Assembly: GCA_951804945.1 (NCBI GenBank)
Contig: OX638149.1
Location: 82,398,001 to 82,462,000 of the forward strand
Length of the DNA stretch: 64,000 bases
Direction: 5' to 3'
From: Podarcis cretensis
Taxonomy: Eukaryota
Part shown: one piece after another, positions 62,004 to 64,000 of the stretch
Position numbering within the stretch: position 1 is the stretch's first letter
Layout of the letters: each line of letters begins with the position of its first letter
Notes under the pieces: generated by a model
Database searches by the model: none
Told to the model about the DNA's origin: nothing
Seen by the model: only the letters and a program-made list of their open reading frames with translations
Made by a program: the position numbers and the translations under genes

Positions 62004-64000
62004 CTTCAATTCTCTACCTTGTGATTTTTTTGGAGGGGAGGGAGGATTCTGCATTAGAAAAAGTCAGAAGGACATTGGAAAGAAAATAATCTGTGTATAT
62101 CGTCTGTATGAAATTACCTTATGGTACCACATCCAGTTCCCACAGCTCCCCTTGTGGTAGGTTAAATGTTATATTGCTTGTAAATACAGTTCTCTGGTAG
62201 GGAAACCGAGGCACGAGGCTGTTAAGGGACTTGGTCGAGATCACACAGGGAGACAGTGGTGAGGCATAGGAACCCTACATAATACCTCTCTTTAGAAACT
62301 GTCTGCCTTGGGTTGCTATGGGTAGCAGACTTTTAACAGCAAACTCTCTCATTTATTATCCCTGCTATCACAGAGAGGACTCTTCAGTGTACCACGTATT
62401 ATCCTAAAGCTATGATTTCCTACTATCTCAGACGTGACCTTTACTGTACCCAGGTGGATGTGCTACTTAGCATGCCTTATTTTCCCCACCGTAGGGACTT
62501 CTGGGTGCTATATATATCCAAACCTAGAACCAGGGCAGATGTCCGTTCATATACAACTGTCCTTTGCAGGTGACTGCCAGAGGGTTTCAATGAATATACA
62601 CAATGGGCTGCAAAATCAGTGTGCCTCATCGGCACATTCTCTGGAACGAGCCAGGCTCCTCTCCCCGCTTCTGCCTTCCTCCATGTTTATACTTCCCTGC
62701 CTATTGATTGGCTTGTTCTCCAGCCATGAGTTTGAAGAATCCACACAAGAGATTCCTAACCAAACACTGCCTTAAGGGGGGGGAGGCTACAGGAATGACT
62801 GAGGGGGAAACACACTGGTATGCTCAATCACTTCCCCTTGGTCACCTACAGCCTGAGTTGCAATACTGGGTCATCGCAGGAATATTCATTGTGGGGACAT
62901 TCACTCAGATGCAGAGTTGGCTATTAAAACAGTGTGTATCTCCCTCCACGTACCTCTTCTGCCTCCCAGCAGAAGTAACACAATGGGGGACATCTGTGCT
63001 TTGGAAACTGACTCCTCCTTATCTTGCAGCAATGGGCAAAAAACAAGAGAGGAAGCTTTTGGCTTTGTACACACCATACATTTTAAAGCACATGACCTCC
63101 CCAAAGATTCCTGGGAAATATAGTTCACCCCTCACAGAGCTACAATTCCCAGGACCATTGGCAAACTACAGTTCCCAGGATTCTTTGAGGGGAGTCATAT
63201 ATGCTTTAAATGTATGGTGTGTGTGCAGCCTTTGAAAAGCGTTCACTGTGCCTGCCTAAACCTCAATCCAGATATGCAGCTCAGCATTCCTCATTAATTA
63301 AGCTCTTTATTACCTGACGGTAAAACTAAGCAGCCACTCTCAGAAGGAGATGCAACTCTTGTGACCTGAGAGGGCACCGTAGTCACAAATGCACCCTTCC
63401 CACCCCCACAATGCTGATACCTCACAGACCACCCAGGGCAAAGTGGCTGCAGTCCGCTACTTCTTCCGAGCATGTACAAAATATTGAGATACAACAGAAA
63501 ATGGGATAAGGACCATTTTACTAAGCAAGGATATAATAAGCCTGCATGCACACATATACACAAAACCCTCACCATAAAAACTAGAGCAGATAAGATCCTT
63601 GAAAAGCCCTTGGATCCAGCACCAAAAGTATGAAGTATGCTTTCCTACAGAGTTTCAGGCAGTTCAAGGCCACTTCAGCTACCTGACTTTTGTTCCTTTC
63701 AGCTACCATTTGATCAATGCAATTTAATGACTATTGATAGGTATTTGGTTCCTTGTTAAAATGACACACTATTTCTGCATCCTCTCTTCATTCATTTGGT
63801 TTCAATGGAAAAGGATGACCACTTTTGCTTTTCTTTTTTTTGCTTCTGTTGGATCCCCTGATACTTCAAAGCATACCGTGAGGTCTCCTCTTTCCCCTTC
63901 TGCTCTTTCATGCCAGAGCAATTATGGCCACAATTAGCACAGGGTTCCCTCTCCCAGGCAGTTTAGGAAAGCTTAGTAAGCCAGTGCTTGAGAACCCCAG

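Noticed and set aside
49813-64000. Canonical MYRF exon 1 (MEVVDETEALQRFFE) and a CpG-island promoter
   Set aside because: Not found by eye and no CpG island is evident; presumed to lie beyond the window end.

Overview
Vertebrate genomic DNA, most likely from a lacertid lizard (inferred from the repeat content: Sauria SINE, Bov-B, CR1, L2, RTE, Tc1/mariner and hAT MITEs). The window is dominated by the myelin regulatory factor gene MYRF on the minus strand. I reconstructed 26 coding exons (equivalent to human exons 2-27, 49812 down to the stop at 1284; 3512 coding nt) with GT-AG boundaries and consistent phases. The canonical first exon (MEVVDETE...) was not found and probably lies beyond base 64000. 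A phase-compatible candidate alternative first exon sits at 54490-54523. The most notable non-genic structure is a CpG-rich, internally deleted Ngaro/DIRS-class tyrosine-recombinase retrotransposon in intron 3 (about 43950-47537, + strand). It carries RT, RNase H, YR and an SGNH-hydrolase ORF, has split direct repeats, and shows the same 7-bp core (GCAATGA) at all three junctions. It also has a textbook 3' splice site in front of the ATG-less hydrolase ORF. Intron 1 holds a 94-bp Penelope-type insertion with a 13-bp TSD that carries a minimal hammerhead ribozyme on the MYRF sense strand. Most other ORFs in the supplied track are spurious. Comparisons to human MYRF are from recall, not from an alignment.
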